64,000 bases of DNA from Spizellomyces punctatus DAOM BR117 (Eukaryota), in the NCBI GenBank assembly GCA_000182565.2, contig KQ257452.1; one strand, 5' to 3'. Under the pieces are notes generated by a model. It made no database searches. It was not told the origin of the DNA and saw only the letters and a program-made list of their open reading frames with translations. Positions 25,191 to 38,536 of the stretch are shown here, one piece after another. The stretch's first letter is position 1. Each line of letters opens with the position of its first letter. The position numbers and the translations under genes were made by a program.

Positions 25191-26336
25191 ATGCATCCGA
25201 GCGACACGGCCGCGCCGACCGCGGAGCAAGGGCTAGACCAACAGCAACAACCCATTGAAAATGGAGCTGATACTGGGAAAGACGACCGACCTTCCGATGA
25301 GGAAATTCTACGCTACGAACGAGCTATCAAAGAAGCCGAGACTGGCGCCTCACCGTTGATATCTGATATCTTGGGGATGCAAGGATTGGAGAAGGTTTGC
25401 GTTGCCTCTTATTTGGTTGGCATGAATATACAAAGGAGCAGAATAACCAAGTATGGTCTGTAAAGGAATTCGCCAGTGGACTGGAAATATTTCAGAGAAA
25501 AGTCAAGGTATCAATGCATTTTTGTGTTGCGCGCTAATAGGGGATAGTCCAATGATCCGTTCACTGATGCGATAAATTAAATAGCACCTTTCACAAACCT
25601 GCAAAGGAATGCGAACAGTCAAACGCGACGGAAACTGCTTTTATCGGGCTCTCAGTTTCCGCTTCTGCGAATTGTTATGGGAGCGACGGGGTACGCCATG
25701 GGCCCAAGCTGCTCTTGCACGGGCAGCTAGTACAAAAGACATTATGACTGAGATGGGTTATGACATGTCTCTATTGATCGATTTCTGGGAACCTTTCGAG
25801 ACGGCTTTGAAGCCCCAAGAGGATAGCAAGACTCTGTTGGAGATATTTCAAACCGAATATGTTAGTGATACCATTGTGTGCTACTTGAGATTGGTGACAG
25901 CTGCAGTCCTGAAAAAGGTAGGTGAATTGTGCATACTGAACTACATCGGAATCGTGTTGCAACTTTACGTGTTGATTATAGTATCGAGATTTGTTTGAGG
26001 CGTTCATTTTGGATAGTTATCCCTCGCTAGATGCGTTTATAGGTTCACAAGTGGAGCCGAGTAAGTGATACATATGCAGATCTTTGCAGTCACAGGGTAC
26101 TTGACCAATTCTGCTTTAAAGTGAATATTGAAGCCGACCAACCACACATCGTTGCCATTTCCAACGCCCTTGGCATCACGATCAGGATTGCCAACTTAGA
26201 TCCTACTCCTACGGATGCTGGAGTAAACTACCACGAACTTTCGCCAATGGAACCTTTGGAGGTACCTGGTGATGTGCCAGAGGTAGTGCTGTTGTATAGA
26301 CCAGGGCATTATGATGTATTATACCCATCAGGATAG
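25191..26336 (+). CDS. OTUB1: Otubain deubiquitinase (peptidase C65), multi-exon
   Basis: RTVKRDGNCFYRA (catalytic Cys), VCYLRLVT, EADQPHIVAI, LLYRPGHYDVLY (catalytic His). Confidence 0.95.
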
Positions 26337-26491
26337 CCCGCCCAAGTTTGCAATGTCGCGTGGATTTTGTTGCTGTAGTTTGCAATTTGGGCTTGTACAT
26401 ACAGATGCGGGTAAAGAGACAAATCGGGAATCTATTAATACACTAGGCTAAGTTTCTAGCTATACTTAACCTAGCGAGCCAAGGCACAGGG

Positions 26492-28037
26492 TTACTGCGA
26501 ACTCCACGTCTTTATCGTTTCATAGCCACTCATAGCTACCATGGCTCCTGAGCAAGCAAAGACGAGTTACAGCCAAAGTACGTTCACAGAAATGAGATAA
26601 GTAGGTTAACTTACCAGGCACAGTAACCAATAATCTCAATCTCAAGCCCTTGTAAAAGCCCGCCAGCCCCTCCTTAAGATATATACTTTTTGCCAAATAC
26701 CAGTAACCACGTCTAATTACTTCGGCATCCGCCGGACAACTTCTATCTAGCAGCTGATGGCGAATTCGAAGGATTTCAAAAGGATTATTTGCACAGACAG
26801 CACACAAACCAGCGAATCCGCCACTGATGCCGTTGACGATATGATCTCGATTTGGTATCCGTATACTTCGTTTTCTCTCAATAGCAGCCAGTACGCCATG
26901 CAGGAGGGGTTTGCTGTGTTCATAGGATCCCCACTGGACAGCGGAGGCTGGCGCATACGCTCCTATGTCTTAATAGCGTGTTGAAGGCCGTTTTCCGAGA
27001 AATAACAAAAGATAAACTACAAACGTACATGCAAGATATCCGCGGTAGAATCCCCGAAGTCCTTCGCTGCGCATGATTCTTTTCGCAAGATCTAAGTGGG
27101 TGCCAAACAATCAAAAGCCAGCTGACCCTGGGCAAAGATTTATTTGCCGCTTCGAAACGTAGCGTACCTATTGGTCCTGCATATAACCTTACCGCGAAAC
27201 AAAAAATCACCACCGATCAATCGTCGTTAACGAAATAAACAAATCACACCGCCTTCTTTCACTAATTCAATTCACCTCGAATTATGGTTGAACCCATTGA
27301 GGTTCTGCACTTGCAACCGCTGAGCCACCACATCAGCAGGGACATAAAACAGTCCGGCCGATATTTCCGCACAAGCCCCTTTAACCAACGTAAATCGGTG
27401 ATCTCGCTTGATCTGACTCAAAACGTTAGGATTGGCGCTCTCATACCAGCAATAAAACCTCTCAAAAACACACTCTTCTCCAACGTTTCTTTTGCCATTG
27501 ACTGTGCACACACATCTTGGGCCGTTTCGTAGGCAAGATAATACATTGCTTGTCCAGGAAAGGAACCGACGACTGCTGGCGGAAGGCCACGCCAGAATCG
27601 GGCGATCCCTAAATGTATGGATCTGTATCTTGCAAGGACATCCGAAAACGGAGAGTGTTCGATTACTCACCTTCAGTTTTGGCAATCCGCCATATAAGTC
27701 TAAGAATATTAGGTTCTCGACCAAAAGTTGCTTCCTAATCCATTATAGTATAGGGGATAAGGAAAACTCGCTTGCAGGAACTTCATGACCTTCTGAAAGC
27801 TTCACTTACCCGTTGCGACATGATTAATGTCTTGATGGTATCCAATGGAAAGAGACACGAGTCCACTCCCAAAATGAAAATGGAACCAAAGGCGGCATAG
27901 CGCGAAGAATCCATATCGGACAAATTGATGCGCTCTGGTGTCGAAGCTGCTGTCGTAGCTGCAGTAGGTGAAGGGTCCATCTGTGGTAGTTGCATATTGG
28001 GTAATTGTAACGGTGTCGGGTGCGTATCTATGGCCAT
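26492..28037 (-). CDS. Mitochondrial carrier (SLC25 family, SLC25A44-like), multi-exon
   Basis: Three carrier signatures FPLDTIKT, VPADVVAQRLQ and NPFEILRIRHQ; EGLAGFYKGL. Confidence 0.9.
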
Positions 28038-28575
28038 GTTTGAAACGGAATGCAGAGCGATGGTATGGGCCAGTATTTACTGGCAGATCACATTGTAAAC
28101 TACTATTTACCGAGGTTGTTGCAAGTTACTTTGATGACATCTCGCTATTTTAAGCGTCTAGCGGGCATTTTGATTACGGAAGGCATTGACACGCGGTGAT
28201 CGCAGGAATAGAACATGCCGGCCATGGTCCTCGTATAATCGTGTTCTCTGTGTTGAACACGGTTAATACGAAAGATGTGTACAATCGCATTGCTTCGCAG
28301 TGAAGGTGAGCTCGAGTACAGTACTGAGGCAAAGGCATCAATGAAGGTATATTTTCCGGAGCCAATACTTTGATTTCATCTGAGGAACTATCACAACATG
28401 ACTTTGTAACAGTGATCTCCCAATGTATGCAAGCAAAAAGTATATTCGAAAGCGCACTCTCTACTCCACGTATATCGCTGTTTTTAAGCTCGTGTAAAAC
28501 AGAAGCTATATGTATCAAAAAATACAAAAGTATATACATAAACCCGAAAAGAAAAAGGACATATATGTCGTAGCT

Positions 28576-31155
28576 TTATCCATCCTTCTTTTGCCTAGCA
28601 CTGCCCCCTTTCTTCCTCCACCATCCCTCTACACCACTCAAACGCCCTAAGAAGCCCAACACCGCTTCTTCCGCCTCCCCAACTCGTTCTTCGAGGACTC
28701 CAACAGCATAACGCACTCTCAACACCTCGTTCTCCACCTGTTCCACCTTCTCCACCAAAGCCTTTTGACGATTTTGCAGTTCGGTTATGGACGATTTCAG
28801 AGCAGCAGTCTGGGTTATATGGGTTTCGGTGTGAGTGGACAAATACGAGGTGTTCGTTGTAAGGGTCTTGAGAAGCGGTGGGATCGTATCTCCCAGTGCG
28901 TGCGAGAGGTGATGGAGGCGTCGAATTAACGCAGCTCTCTGGGAGATTAAGCGCGGATGAAGTGCGAGGGAAAGGGGTGGTATTGGAGATGTGGATATCG
29001 GGGATGAGGGGGCGGCAATGGGGGATGGAGACACGGCTGGAGATACACCGGCGGAAGATTCACCGCCTCCGCGGGACCTATCAGACGGCGCACCTTCAAT
29101 TGTTCCCCTTCGTCGAAGTGAAAGCGACGTTGGCGGTAAGGGCGGTGCTGCCAGGTCATTCAAATCCGTTGCCCTGCTTCCAAAATCAATGGAATGTCTC
29201 CCCAGTGTTCTCTCCCCACTTCGGCTTGTAGTTCCGTCACGTTTTTTGCTCAACTTTTCCAGTATGTTCATCTCGGTGCGTCGCACGCTGTCTAACGATA
29301 GAGCACGTCGGTGAATTGACGCGCGTTTGCCGCCAGATAGCCCGTCCGCAGGGGTAAGGGCAACCGGTGGTCGGCTCCGTTCCACAATATTTTCAACGAG
29401 GTCTCGAGCCTCGTCGTGTACATCCACATCATGACCTTGCGTTGAAGGGATGACCGTAGATACTTGCCGAGTGGCATTCCCGGACTCGGGAGCGTTTGCG
29501 CTGACATCAGCCTCACCATCGACGCCTTCATCATGAATGCCACCAGCTTCCTTGACAGTATGTGCCAGTTGCTTCATGCCTTTTGTTACCAGCTTCGACT
29601 TTTCCACTATGCCGCCAAGAGTCCGCGAGGTAGAGTCCTTTAGGCCGCGAAGCATACGAGCTGGTGTCGCCCGAAACTTTGGATGTTGCTGATTTTCCTC
29701 ATCAAGGTCGTCAATGGGCAACCCTGGCGGGGGCGGTTGTGCACTGATACTAGAGTTGACCGGGGCTGGGGCAGTTGAAGTAGCACTTAGTGGATCAGTA
29801 CGAAGCGGTAGCGCCGGTTGAGGGAGAGTGGCCACCGTTGGCGAGATAGGTGAAGTACCCGCCATTCTCGGTGATGGGGTCTGGGCATTAGGCGATGGGG
29901 CAGTCGGGACAGTCAAGTTCATGTTGTCGGTTCGCTTTTCTTTTTTCCTGCTCTGCTGTTTCTCTGTACGTTTTGCTACTCGTATCCAGCTATTCAGGAA
30001 ATATTCCAAGTCGTGTTCATTGCTTCCTGGACCAGCTATTGGGCCTTGTCCATCACTATCATCACCTCGACGATGCGACGCGGTAGGAAAACCGGTTATA
30101 TCTTCAATCTTGGAACGTAGAACGTTTACTGTAGATGAAACTGCTGCAACGGCCTGTGCCTGTGCTGGAACCCTCACGTAGAGAGTCTCAATCCTGTTTA
30201 TCGTCTTTCGATCAAACACATGTGTCACTCGCAACCCTTGTGACTTCTGAAAGTGCTTAATCTGTCTCGCTAGTCCGTTGAGCTCGTTTCCCATCTTTAC
30301 CGCGTATCCTAAGGCGCCTAGTTTTTGCTTCAACCCTTCCACTGTGCGTAACACGACTGTGACCAATGGCGGATCGCACCAATTACCGGGCTCAATCTCC
30401 ACATCATTGAAAGGACCAAATTCATTGTAAAATTGCTTCAAAGCAGCACTAGTAGAATTGCACATCAGACCATCCGCATACTCTGCATTGAGGAGTGCCA
30501 GTAAAACCAACGCTTGCTGCACCATCCTCCCCACTGTGAGAACACATTGGTCAAAAGGGAGCTGAGGACTTTGCTGGGTGCCAGTAATGCGATAAAACTT
30601 CTCACAAACTGCTTGTGATGGGGGCCGAAAGGAGAGGAGCGACCGTTCCCCGCAACCGAACCGACGCAAATTAATATTGAGAACGAGTGTGGCAAGGTGC
30701 GCGTCATAGTCTCCATCTGGAACAGGTATACATGGACTATCGGGGCAAATGAGCCCAGTGTCTTGCAAAAGGAGAACGGAACTTGATCAGGCTACCCACC
30801 TTGAGGCTTTACTGAACCATTCTGGATTTCCCACCATCACCACCCCAAAGCCAGTCTCGCGCATCTGCAGCCTGTCCACCTCCAGCTGCGCAAATGCCTT
30901 TTGAATTTTTACATCGTACTCTTCCCCTACATCGCCACTGAATTCTGCTACGGCAAACAAGGCCACATGTTCAGTCCTTCCGGTGTAGACAGCAAATGTA
31001 TTAAAAATGCGTCCGCGGTTGACAACCCAGTCGACATTAACGTAGAGCTGATAGCCTGAGAGAGCAAGGCAGTTGTTAAATACTGTTATATTCGAACCAC
31101 TTTGTGAGAGATGAGTAAGTGTTTGGCGTTCGCCGGAAAGAAAATGGCGAGACAT
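28576..31155 (-). CDS. STB6/STB2-like (Sin3-binding) protein, 2 exons, C-terminal coiled coil
   Basis: LSGYQLYVNVDWVVNR..VYTG, IPVPDGD...NINLRRFGCGERS, DGLMCN match the fungal Stb6 N-terminal region; intron at about 30738-30799. Confidence 0.8.
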
Positions 31156-31694
31156 CTAGCCCTCAAGAGCGTCGACGACGGACTTTGAACGATCGATCTG
31201 CGCCAATGGCCCATTCGCACAGTCATGAAAGAAACAACCAATGGAATAACCTCCACATGCTCCCACATGACTTGCAAAAAATCGGCGGACTATAAAAGCC
31301 CTCCTCCCTCGCTACCTTTCTGTTTTTTTTCTTTAGGAAGTTATTCGGATTCATATCTTATTGAATACGGTAACCCACTATACAACTATTAATCTTATTA
31401 AAGGTGCTACTTTCATGCGTTGGCCTTTCTCTCCACAGGTCAATCGCTTCCATGCCACTTGAGAGGAACGTCTGGGCTCATTCTGAAGGGGATATCTCAT
31501 GGTCGAGAGGCCAGATGGTTATTCCCTATTAGCGATCCCTACATTTGGATACGTTTTGGTTGGCGTATGGCAACGTGCAAGCAGAGGTGCGGTCTGTCAA
31601 CATGGGATTACATGGAGCTACTGCCTGTTGGCCCATTCTTGTGCGTAGGTCATGATGTTTCCTTGACCAGACGGCGCAACCCCATCTGCATTTG

Positions 31695-31748
31695 CGCAAT
31701 TCTTTTACAGCCTGTGAATATCGCAATTCTTTTACAGCCTGTGAATAT
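31695..31748. repeat. Perfect 27-bp tandem duplication
   Basis: CGCAATTCTTTTACAGCCTGTGAATAT x2, downstream of the UBTD stop codon. Confidence 0.95.
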
Positions 31749-31827
31749 CACTTGAGGACACTTTTCTGCCAGCAGAATTGTTATTTGTGCACCAGGCCCA
31801 AATGTCGTGTACATACGTAGTATCCTG

Positions 31828-32715
31828 CTATACTTCAGGGATCAGCATCACCTGGATAACTCCTCCCTCCGCCAATTTGAGCTCCTTCACAGCGGTTATA
31901 TCTGCAATTGGTCTGCCCAAATAAAAAAACTTTAAACAGACTCGTCCGCCCTTGCTAGCCTGCGGGTTCAACTCTGCTTTCTCTTCCACCAACGCACGCA
32001 ACTCCTTTATGGTTTCCTCGCCCGTAACGGAGAGTTTGATATCTTTCCCGGAACTCAATCGCGCAACCAAGGTCTTTTTCGGACGATGTGACGTCGGGGA
32101 AGGTATTATTACCTCCTCTGCTTTAGACGACGGTGCCTCGCCCTGAATTTGGTTCTTGTATTCGCTTGCTCCTTCCTTGTCTACAATGAGATTCTTTGGC
32201 TCTACTATGCACATTACTGGTATCACATAATTGCTCCCCAATTCGTCATAGCAGCCGTCGGAAAGGTTACCGGTTGGAACTGTGATATTGGCGCTATCAA
32301 CGATGGCTTGGGCTAAATCCATGGAAGGTGATTCGCATGCGGCCCGTAGTGCTTGCCATATTTCCGGGCGGCCCTGCCATCGCAAACGTCCTGGGTTTGA
32401 GCCTATCGGGCGAACCAAGTAACCGGACGTCGGAACCTACCGAATATGCTGGTTGAGTATCCCAAAAAGCATCTCGTTGTCTCTGCAATTCTGTCCTCGT
32501 CATCGGTGTCTCCGAACTCCAAGCGAGTGATTTTTTGTCGACTAAAGGTTTGTTCCCTCCTTCAAAGCAGAAATAGTTCAACGTCAGTTGCCTCCCTCCT
32601 TGCACGCTCGTCGCAGACCTACCCACTCACCAGTAGGGACACCGGTCACTCCTCCATTATCGGCCCTATTCCGTTCCTGTTGCCCGTCCTCGTCTCTGGA
32701 GAGACAGGAACCCAT
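31828..32715 (-). CDS. Ubiquitin domain-containing protein UBTD1/2 (DC-UbP), multi-exon
   Basis: MGSCLS acylation-type N-terminus, QRDAFWDTQP, GRPEIWQALRAA, PTGNLSDGCYDELGSNYVIP, C-terminal UBL (FFYLGR...GVIQVM). Confidence 0.92.
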
Positions 32716-33044
32716 GGCCCAGGTGTTGTGTACACTGCGTTACGCTAAGAATGATTCACCTCAAAATGGCCGTTATTCAGAACTGACCACGGTGAATACC
32801 AACTGTTGATGCTAATCCAAATTGGAGGTAGGTTCTGCAGGCTCTGGGCAAAGTCCTCCCAGTTTGAGTTCCTGTTTTTCCGTGATCTTGCCTTGCCCTT
32901 GCTCGGATGCAAGGGCCGAGGCCGATTACGTGATGTGACTCAGTTCAGTGGCAGCTGCTCGCCTAAGCGACACACGCAAGCGCAACCGCGTCCAGCTGCG
33001 ACGTTCCGCCCACCTCCTTCGAACCTAAAAACGAACGATTCAGC

Positions 33045-33644
33045 ATGTCAAAAGGAACATCCATAAAGGACGCTATCAAAGCATGGGAAGAAAAAACCAA
33101 TGAAACTGCGGCGGAAGCAACAAAAGTCAAGCTGACCTCATGCCAGCCCTTCATTCAAAAAATGGACGCATCACTCGCCCAACTCACAAAAGTCGAACAG
33201 CTCGCGTTATCAACAAACCAAATTGAGAAAATCTCTAATCTCCAAGGCCTACCCCACCTTCGTATTCTCTCTCTCGGTCGAAACAGCATCAAGAAGATTG
33301 AGGGCTTGGATGCAGTAGCGGACACCCTGGAGGAATTATGGATATCCTATAACCAGATCGAGAGGTTGAACGGAGTGGAAGTGTGCAAGAAGCTCAAAGT
33401 CATATATGCTAGCAACAACAAAATTAAAGACTGGGCTGGCTTGCAGCCATTGGCATCGCTGCCTGCCATAGAAGATGTCTTGTTTGTTGGAAATCCGCTA
33501 GAGGAGAAAGCTACCGCGGACGGAATATGGGTGACAGAAATGGCCAAGAAATTTCCAACTCTGCGAAGATTGGACGGAAAACCAATTATCAGGGAGGATG
33601 ACGGTGCAGGAGGGGAGGATGGGGACGGAGAGAAGGCCGACTAG
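33045..33644 (+). CDS. DNAL1: Axonemal outer-arm dynein light chain 1 (LRR)
   Basis: TSIKDAIKAWEE, IQKMDASL, LSTNQIEKISNL, LRILSLGRNSIK, TLEELWISYN, FVGNPLEE, LRRLDG; intronless. Confidence 0.96.
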   Translation: MSKGTSIKDAIKAWEEKTNETAAEATKVKLTSCQPFIQKMDASLAQLTKVEQLALSTNQIEKISNLQGLPHLRILSLGRNSIKKIEGLDAVADTLEELWISYNQIERLNGVEVCKKLKVIYASNNKIKDWAGLQPLASLPAIEDVLFVGNPLEEKATADGIWVTEMAKKFPTLRRLDGKPIIREDDGAGGEDGDGEKAD

Positions 33645-33833
33645 ATAGATGCACGGATGCCTTGGACTGTTACGTTGCTCCAAATTCGATCTTGCTCATG
33701 TATGTTTAAACGATCGCTGTAATGCGTAATCTTTTGAAAACATTTTCGTATAGAAAGGGCTGAAAAATTAGGTATTTTGCTATAATACAAGAATTAGAAG
33801 GATATTGTACAAAAATAAATCCTCGCCATATAA

Positions 33834-35096
33834 CTAGGCGCGTCCCCGGCCTGCGGAGGGGCGGACCAGCATCGTTTGAGATCGTGATAGCTTGGTTGTC
33901 TCAGCAGGCTCAGCTGCCGATGATACCAGCTGCCCATCATAGCCAATGCTACCTAACCGCCCGCGAATCGCTGAGGCAACCGATCCTCCTAAACTAGATG
34001 CGACCGACTCTGGTACCTTTCCCTTCTCTGGTAGAACACTCTTTGCCTTGAGACTGGCCAGTACAGCCTGTGCGGTGTTGTCTTCACCTTCTTTCCTTTG
34101 AAGTTGGCTATCACCGCTGTGCACATCTTTCTTCTCAAAGCTTCCCTCCCCACTTCCCATCCAGCTAAAGAAAGCCTTAGCTTGATCAAAGAGGCGCTCG
34201 TCAAATGATCTATGACGAGGTCCGCTCTCAGAATCCGGAGTATTTGGAGGTGATAAAAGCGTCTCTGACGGTTGCAAAGATGAGGATCGGGGTTGCGGGC
34301 TAACAGGATGACTTGACCCCATCCCTCCTTGTGGTGGATTCACTTTTACTGGCGCCGCGGACGACTCGGCGATAGAATAGTAAATGTCGGTCAAAAGAAC
34401 GTTGAATGCAAGATCCACGTTTCTGTTTTCAGATGCGGAGGTTTCCATGAAAAGGAACCCTTGGGCTAGCGCATACGCTTGAGCCTCATGTGTCGGCACT
34501 TGGCGTTCTGATTTTGCCCGATCGACTTTGTTTCCAACAATCATGATGACCGGCTCTATTCCCTTGTTTCCTTGCTGTGTGCAAGTGATTGTTGAGAACA
34601 CGTGTACACGACCAAATTGAAATCCATCCGTGCGTACCTTGCTCTTGAAATCTCGAACCCACTTCCGCACTGCGTTGAATGAGTCCATGCTAGTAACATC
34701 GTAAACAATGATTGCGCCCGTGGCTAGGTTCCAATACGATTGTATGATAGATCGGAATCGCTCTAGGCCCGAGGTGTCAACAATCTGCACGTACGATATG
34801 GTTGGAAAAATCCAAAGCATGAGCAAGTTTGATATGACCAGAGTGCAAAAACTAGAGGTCTTGTAGTTACGTCATCCAGCCGATTAGACGCATACCTGGG
34901 CTTTAATTATCTTTCCCGAGGCAATCTTGACTGTTAGAGTCCCAAAATCGATCCCGGCTGTTGGCTTCGAACTTGGGTTGAACGGCTTACCAAGAAGCCG
35001 CTGGAACAGCTGTGACTTGCCGGCTCCTGAGTCTCCAAGGACCATGACCTTTATTATCGTCTCATTGAGTTCTCGCTCATTTGTAAAGGCCCACAT
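33834..35096 (-). CDS. Divergent Rab-family GTPase with long C-terminal extension, multi-exon
   Basis: G1 GDSGAGKS, G2 PTAGIDF, G3 VDTSGLE, RFRSI, G4 NKVD, G5 ETSA; first in-frame ATG at 35096 (the ORF track uses an upstream TTG). Confidence 0.88.
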
Positions 35097-36016
35097 ATTT
35101 CCCCTTTCGTGCACTCTTGATATGTTTGGTTCACTCGACAATCTACGCAAAAGAGGCTCGCTACGAGGGCGTCTGTTACGACAAGTGGCCTGATGAGGAG
35201 GAATCAAGGCGTTGACGGCTGCCGTAAGAGTAGGGAAAGGCAGATGTTCAGTATTGGTCCCTCCCCTTGCAGACAAGCCCTTGCATGAGGTCCTTTTCTA
35301 TTCAGAGGCTGAGCTCGTTTCGAGCCAGTGCGCAGAGCAATTTGGAAAAGGGTTTCTTTGGGTGGCAGTGCAAGCGGCTTATTGCATTTCATTTTACATT
35401 CAATGCATTCGAATGCACACATCGTCAGCCCATTAAAGGGTTCAACAACTCTTGCTTGCTTAGAGTGTGCTTGGTGGTTAAAGGTGTGCTTCAAGGGCAG
35501 ATCCCACCATTGAGCGCTTGCTAGAGTGCATTATACAGATAGCAGTGATCGAATTGCAGCCCTTTTTGTCTACTCGGGGGACGTTTGGCCTTCTTCCGAA
35601 CGTATTAACACGCCCAGATGTATTGACACTTCCTGTTGATGCAAAAAGACATTACCCATTCGTTCTGCTATTTGCTCGCAAGTTAGCCAGTAATCCAAAC
35701 CCTGCAACATCTCCTAAATAGAATCCAAAAGGGCAGAACTGCAAATGCAGAGTCATGTGATGTTACCCGTGACTGAGCGGTGGGGGGGCTTCATTCATCA
35801 ACGCAAATACACACAATACCACTGGGCTATTCCCTCCTTTTTTCTCCAAATCGCACATGTTGGACATTGTCATCAGCGAATCACTTTGGCTCGCCGGTGT
35901 TCAGAAGTCTTGCAGTCCTCTTCGTGCGTCTCCTTTTGTATTTAGTATTCGCATACCCACAGTAATGTTGAAAACCTACGTCGTTGCGTCATCCACACAA
36001 TCACCACAAACCCAAA

Positions 36017-37404
36017 ATGTCCCTTGCGATAAATCACCAACGCTCAAGCTCAGCCGTCTCAACGGTGGTTCAACCCTCAAGCTCACCGCGCACGCAAAAA
36101 CTTGAAGACAGTAATATTAACAGCAACGGGAACACCACCTCAGGTCAATCCCACTGTAAGTGTGCCAGTATATGTAAAGCCAGTTTAAGACTCTTGCCTT
36201 ACCCTCACCCTAGCTGCAAAGAAGCGCCAACGATGCTTCAGTGCAAATAAAGGTATATTTCTGTGGATGTCACTTACCGGTATTTGTCTTGTCTTTTTGA
36301 GTACACTCATTGATGCAACATTCTTCATCCTTTTTAGCTCATCCTGAAAACAACAATACACACACCCACCAGAAAACGGCATCCCCTCAGCAAGTTCGCT
36401 TTCCCGGAAACCAAAACAAGACTCCGGGCTCCCCTATGCGCAAAGAAAAACATACAGCTCAACAGCCTCGCCCTGACCGGCAAGAGCAATCTGCTCGCAA
36501 GTCGTGCAATTCAAAGTCGGAACGTTCAAGCACTGATTCTCGACCAGCTCCACCCACTGTAAAACCGTCACCTTCGACTTCTCCCAAGCAACGCGGCCTA
36601 TTGGTAGAGCCAGGTTCAAAGGCTACTAGCAACTCTGAATCAAACGCTAACAGGAAGCGCCGCAGTAAACGGTCTTCCGCTTCCCGTCAGCAACTGACTG
36701 ATGATGGAGGAAAATGCGACCAGCAGTACGATCAGCGAGCAACGCCCCTTGTACAACAGAGATATTCGAATACCACGCCTCAAAGACCGCGCAGGCTGAG
36801 CGCTCCAGATTTGCGTTTACAACATCAAGATCAGCCTCTTATGGATCCGCACCCCGCCGACACGCAATCAAATCAAGCTACTGGCAGCCTGTATGCTGGT
36901 GCAACTTTTCAGAATTCTCCCGCCGCGAGCGCGTTACCATTGCCAGTATTCTCTGGCCGCTGCGGACCCAAAGGTCCCGTGATTCCAATGGCGTCGTCTG
37001 CCGCGACGACCGAGTCCTCCTCATTGCCGACACCCTCTTTCCATCCGCCTCTTTTACGCGGCCCTTCCCGCACCTTTTCTCATGAAACTTTGAACATGAC
37101 AGGCACTCCATCCCCACGCCGGTACATGGAACTTGATCAAGAAATGTTTAACATGGACGATGATGCAAGAATCAACGACGAGGAGCTCCGCAAAAAGTCT
37201 AGAGATCTTTTATCACTCCTCACTGGAGCAAAGACTCCAATAAACGAAACAATTAAGCCTGCCGACAGGCACACTAGACCTATCCCGTCTAGACCTTTGT
37301 CACACCCTCTTCCTTTGGCGCCTCAGGACGAGCAAAGTATGTTGGCTCAGATCAGCCAGGACTTGAAGCAAATGCTGAAAATCAATGGTCCTTGTGGAAA
37401 TTGA
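36017..37404 (+). CDS. Edc1/PNRC-family mRNA decapping coactivator
   Basis: Disordered protein with YAGATFQNSPAASALPLP (YAGxxF plus LPxP Dcp1-binding motif) and C-terminal helical Leu motifs SRDLLSLL and SQDLKQMLKI. Confidence 0.8.
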
Positions 37405-37602
37405 TTGCATGAATCAGATGGATGGAAATAATTGATGGAGATATTGCTATTGGGATGATCACGTCCCTTTTGTTCATTAAAATATACTAGCTGATCTCTG
37501 AAATTGGTCCGCTGTGGTTTGCCTCTAAGGTCTTTGTGAAGCGTGAATTTTTCAGTCCAAAAAAAGAGTGCACTTGTATAGCCATATCACCCCACTGTGC
37601 AA

Positions 37603-38536
37603 TCAATATCCCTGGTGTACAGTATCCAATTGTTAGATGATTTTGATATGTACGCTGCCAACCCGACTTGAGCACTTACACAACATGAATTTGTCTTCTT
37701 TGCTGTCTTGTAAAATGCTTTGGATGCACTCGACAACGCATCAGATTGTGTAACCAGGTCGTCCAGTTTTTCTCCTCGCGCCAATAAAGACTCCATGGTT
37801 TTGTGCTAAGATGCCAAAAGTTACTCACGGCCATCGACCTAATCATAACTCTAGCATTCCAGGTACCCACCAAAACGATTTTGGTTTCATCCAATTCCTT
37901 TTGCACCTTCATAAAAGGATCTGCGCTTTCCGGATCCTGAGCTTTTACCAAATGTTGTCTCAGTTCAGGATATTTGGCAGCTGTTGTGGTAGGGTTCATT
38001 GTGGCCCACTTGTCCCGGTCAGGAAACTTTGCTGAGAATTCGTCGACTAGCCGGTTGAGAAGGGAAAAGGCTGTCCGGGTTGGATACGTATTGTCTGCGA
38101 CGAGGATGCCGGCGAGACCGTCCCCGCGTACATATATGTGACCAAGGAAGTCTGGAGTGACGTACACAAGATTTCGATCAGTATGCTGCCATTTCAACCG
38201 GTTTTGGGCTCGTCCTCAACTGAGCTTCTCTGCAACAACTTGCAAGGGTTCTTTTAAGCTTCTACAATAAGATACTCACTATCTTGTTCGATCTTTGATC
38301 TCTGACCATTAGGCGTCCGCTCAACAACAGTTTTCGTGAAAAAGTTGATGAACTCTGTTATACTACGCCAAAACCAAAACTCTTAACTGACCCATTCAAC
38401 TCAAACCAAATTCAGGCTATCATACAACTCACCTCCCCCGCTGGAAGAACGAAAAACTTGCCAAGTCCTGCTCAGACGCCAGGATTTTAACGGGCGAGCC
38501 CTTCTCAGCTACTGCTAGCGCATACACTTTAACCAT
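37603..38536 (-). CDS. YKT6: Longin R-SNARE Ykt6, multi-exon
   Basis: [67 protein letters not shown]; last exon uncertain. Confidence 0.95.

Noticed and set aside
31695-31748. 27-bp direct repeat as a CRISPR array or target-site duplication
   Set aside because: Only two adjacent copies with no spacer or intervening element; this is a simple tandem duplication.
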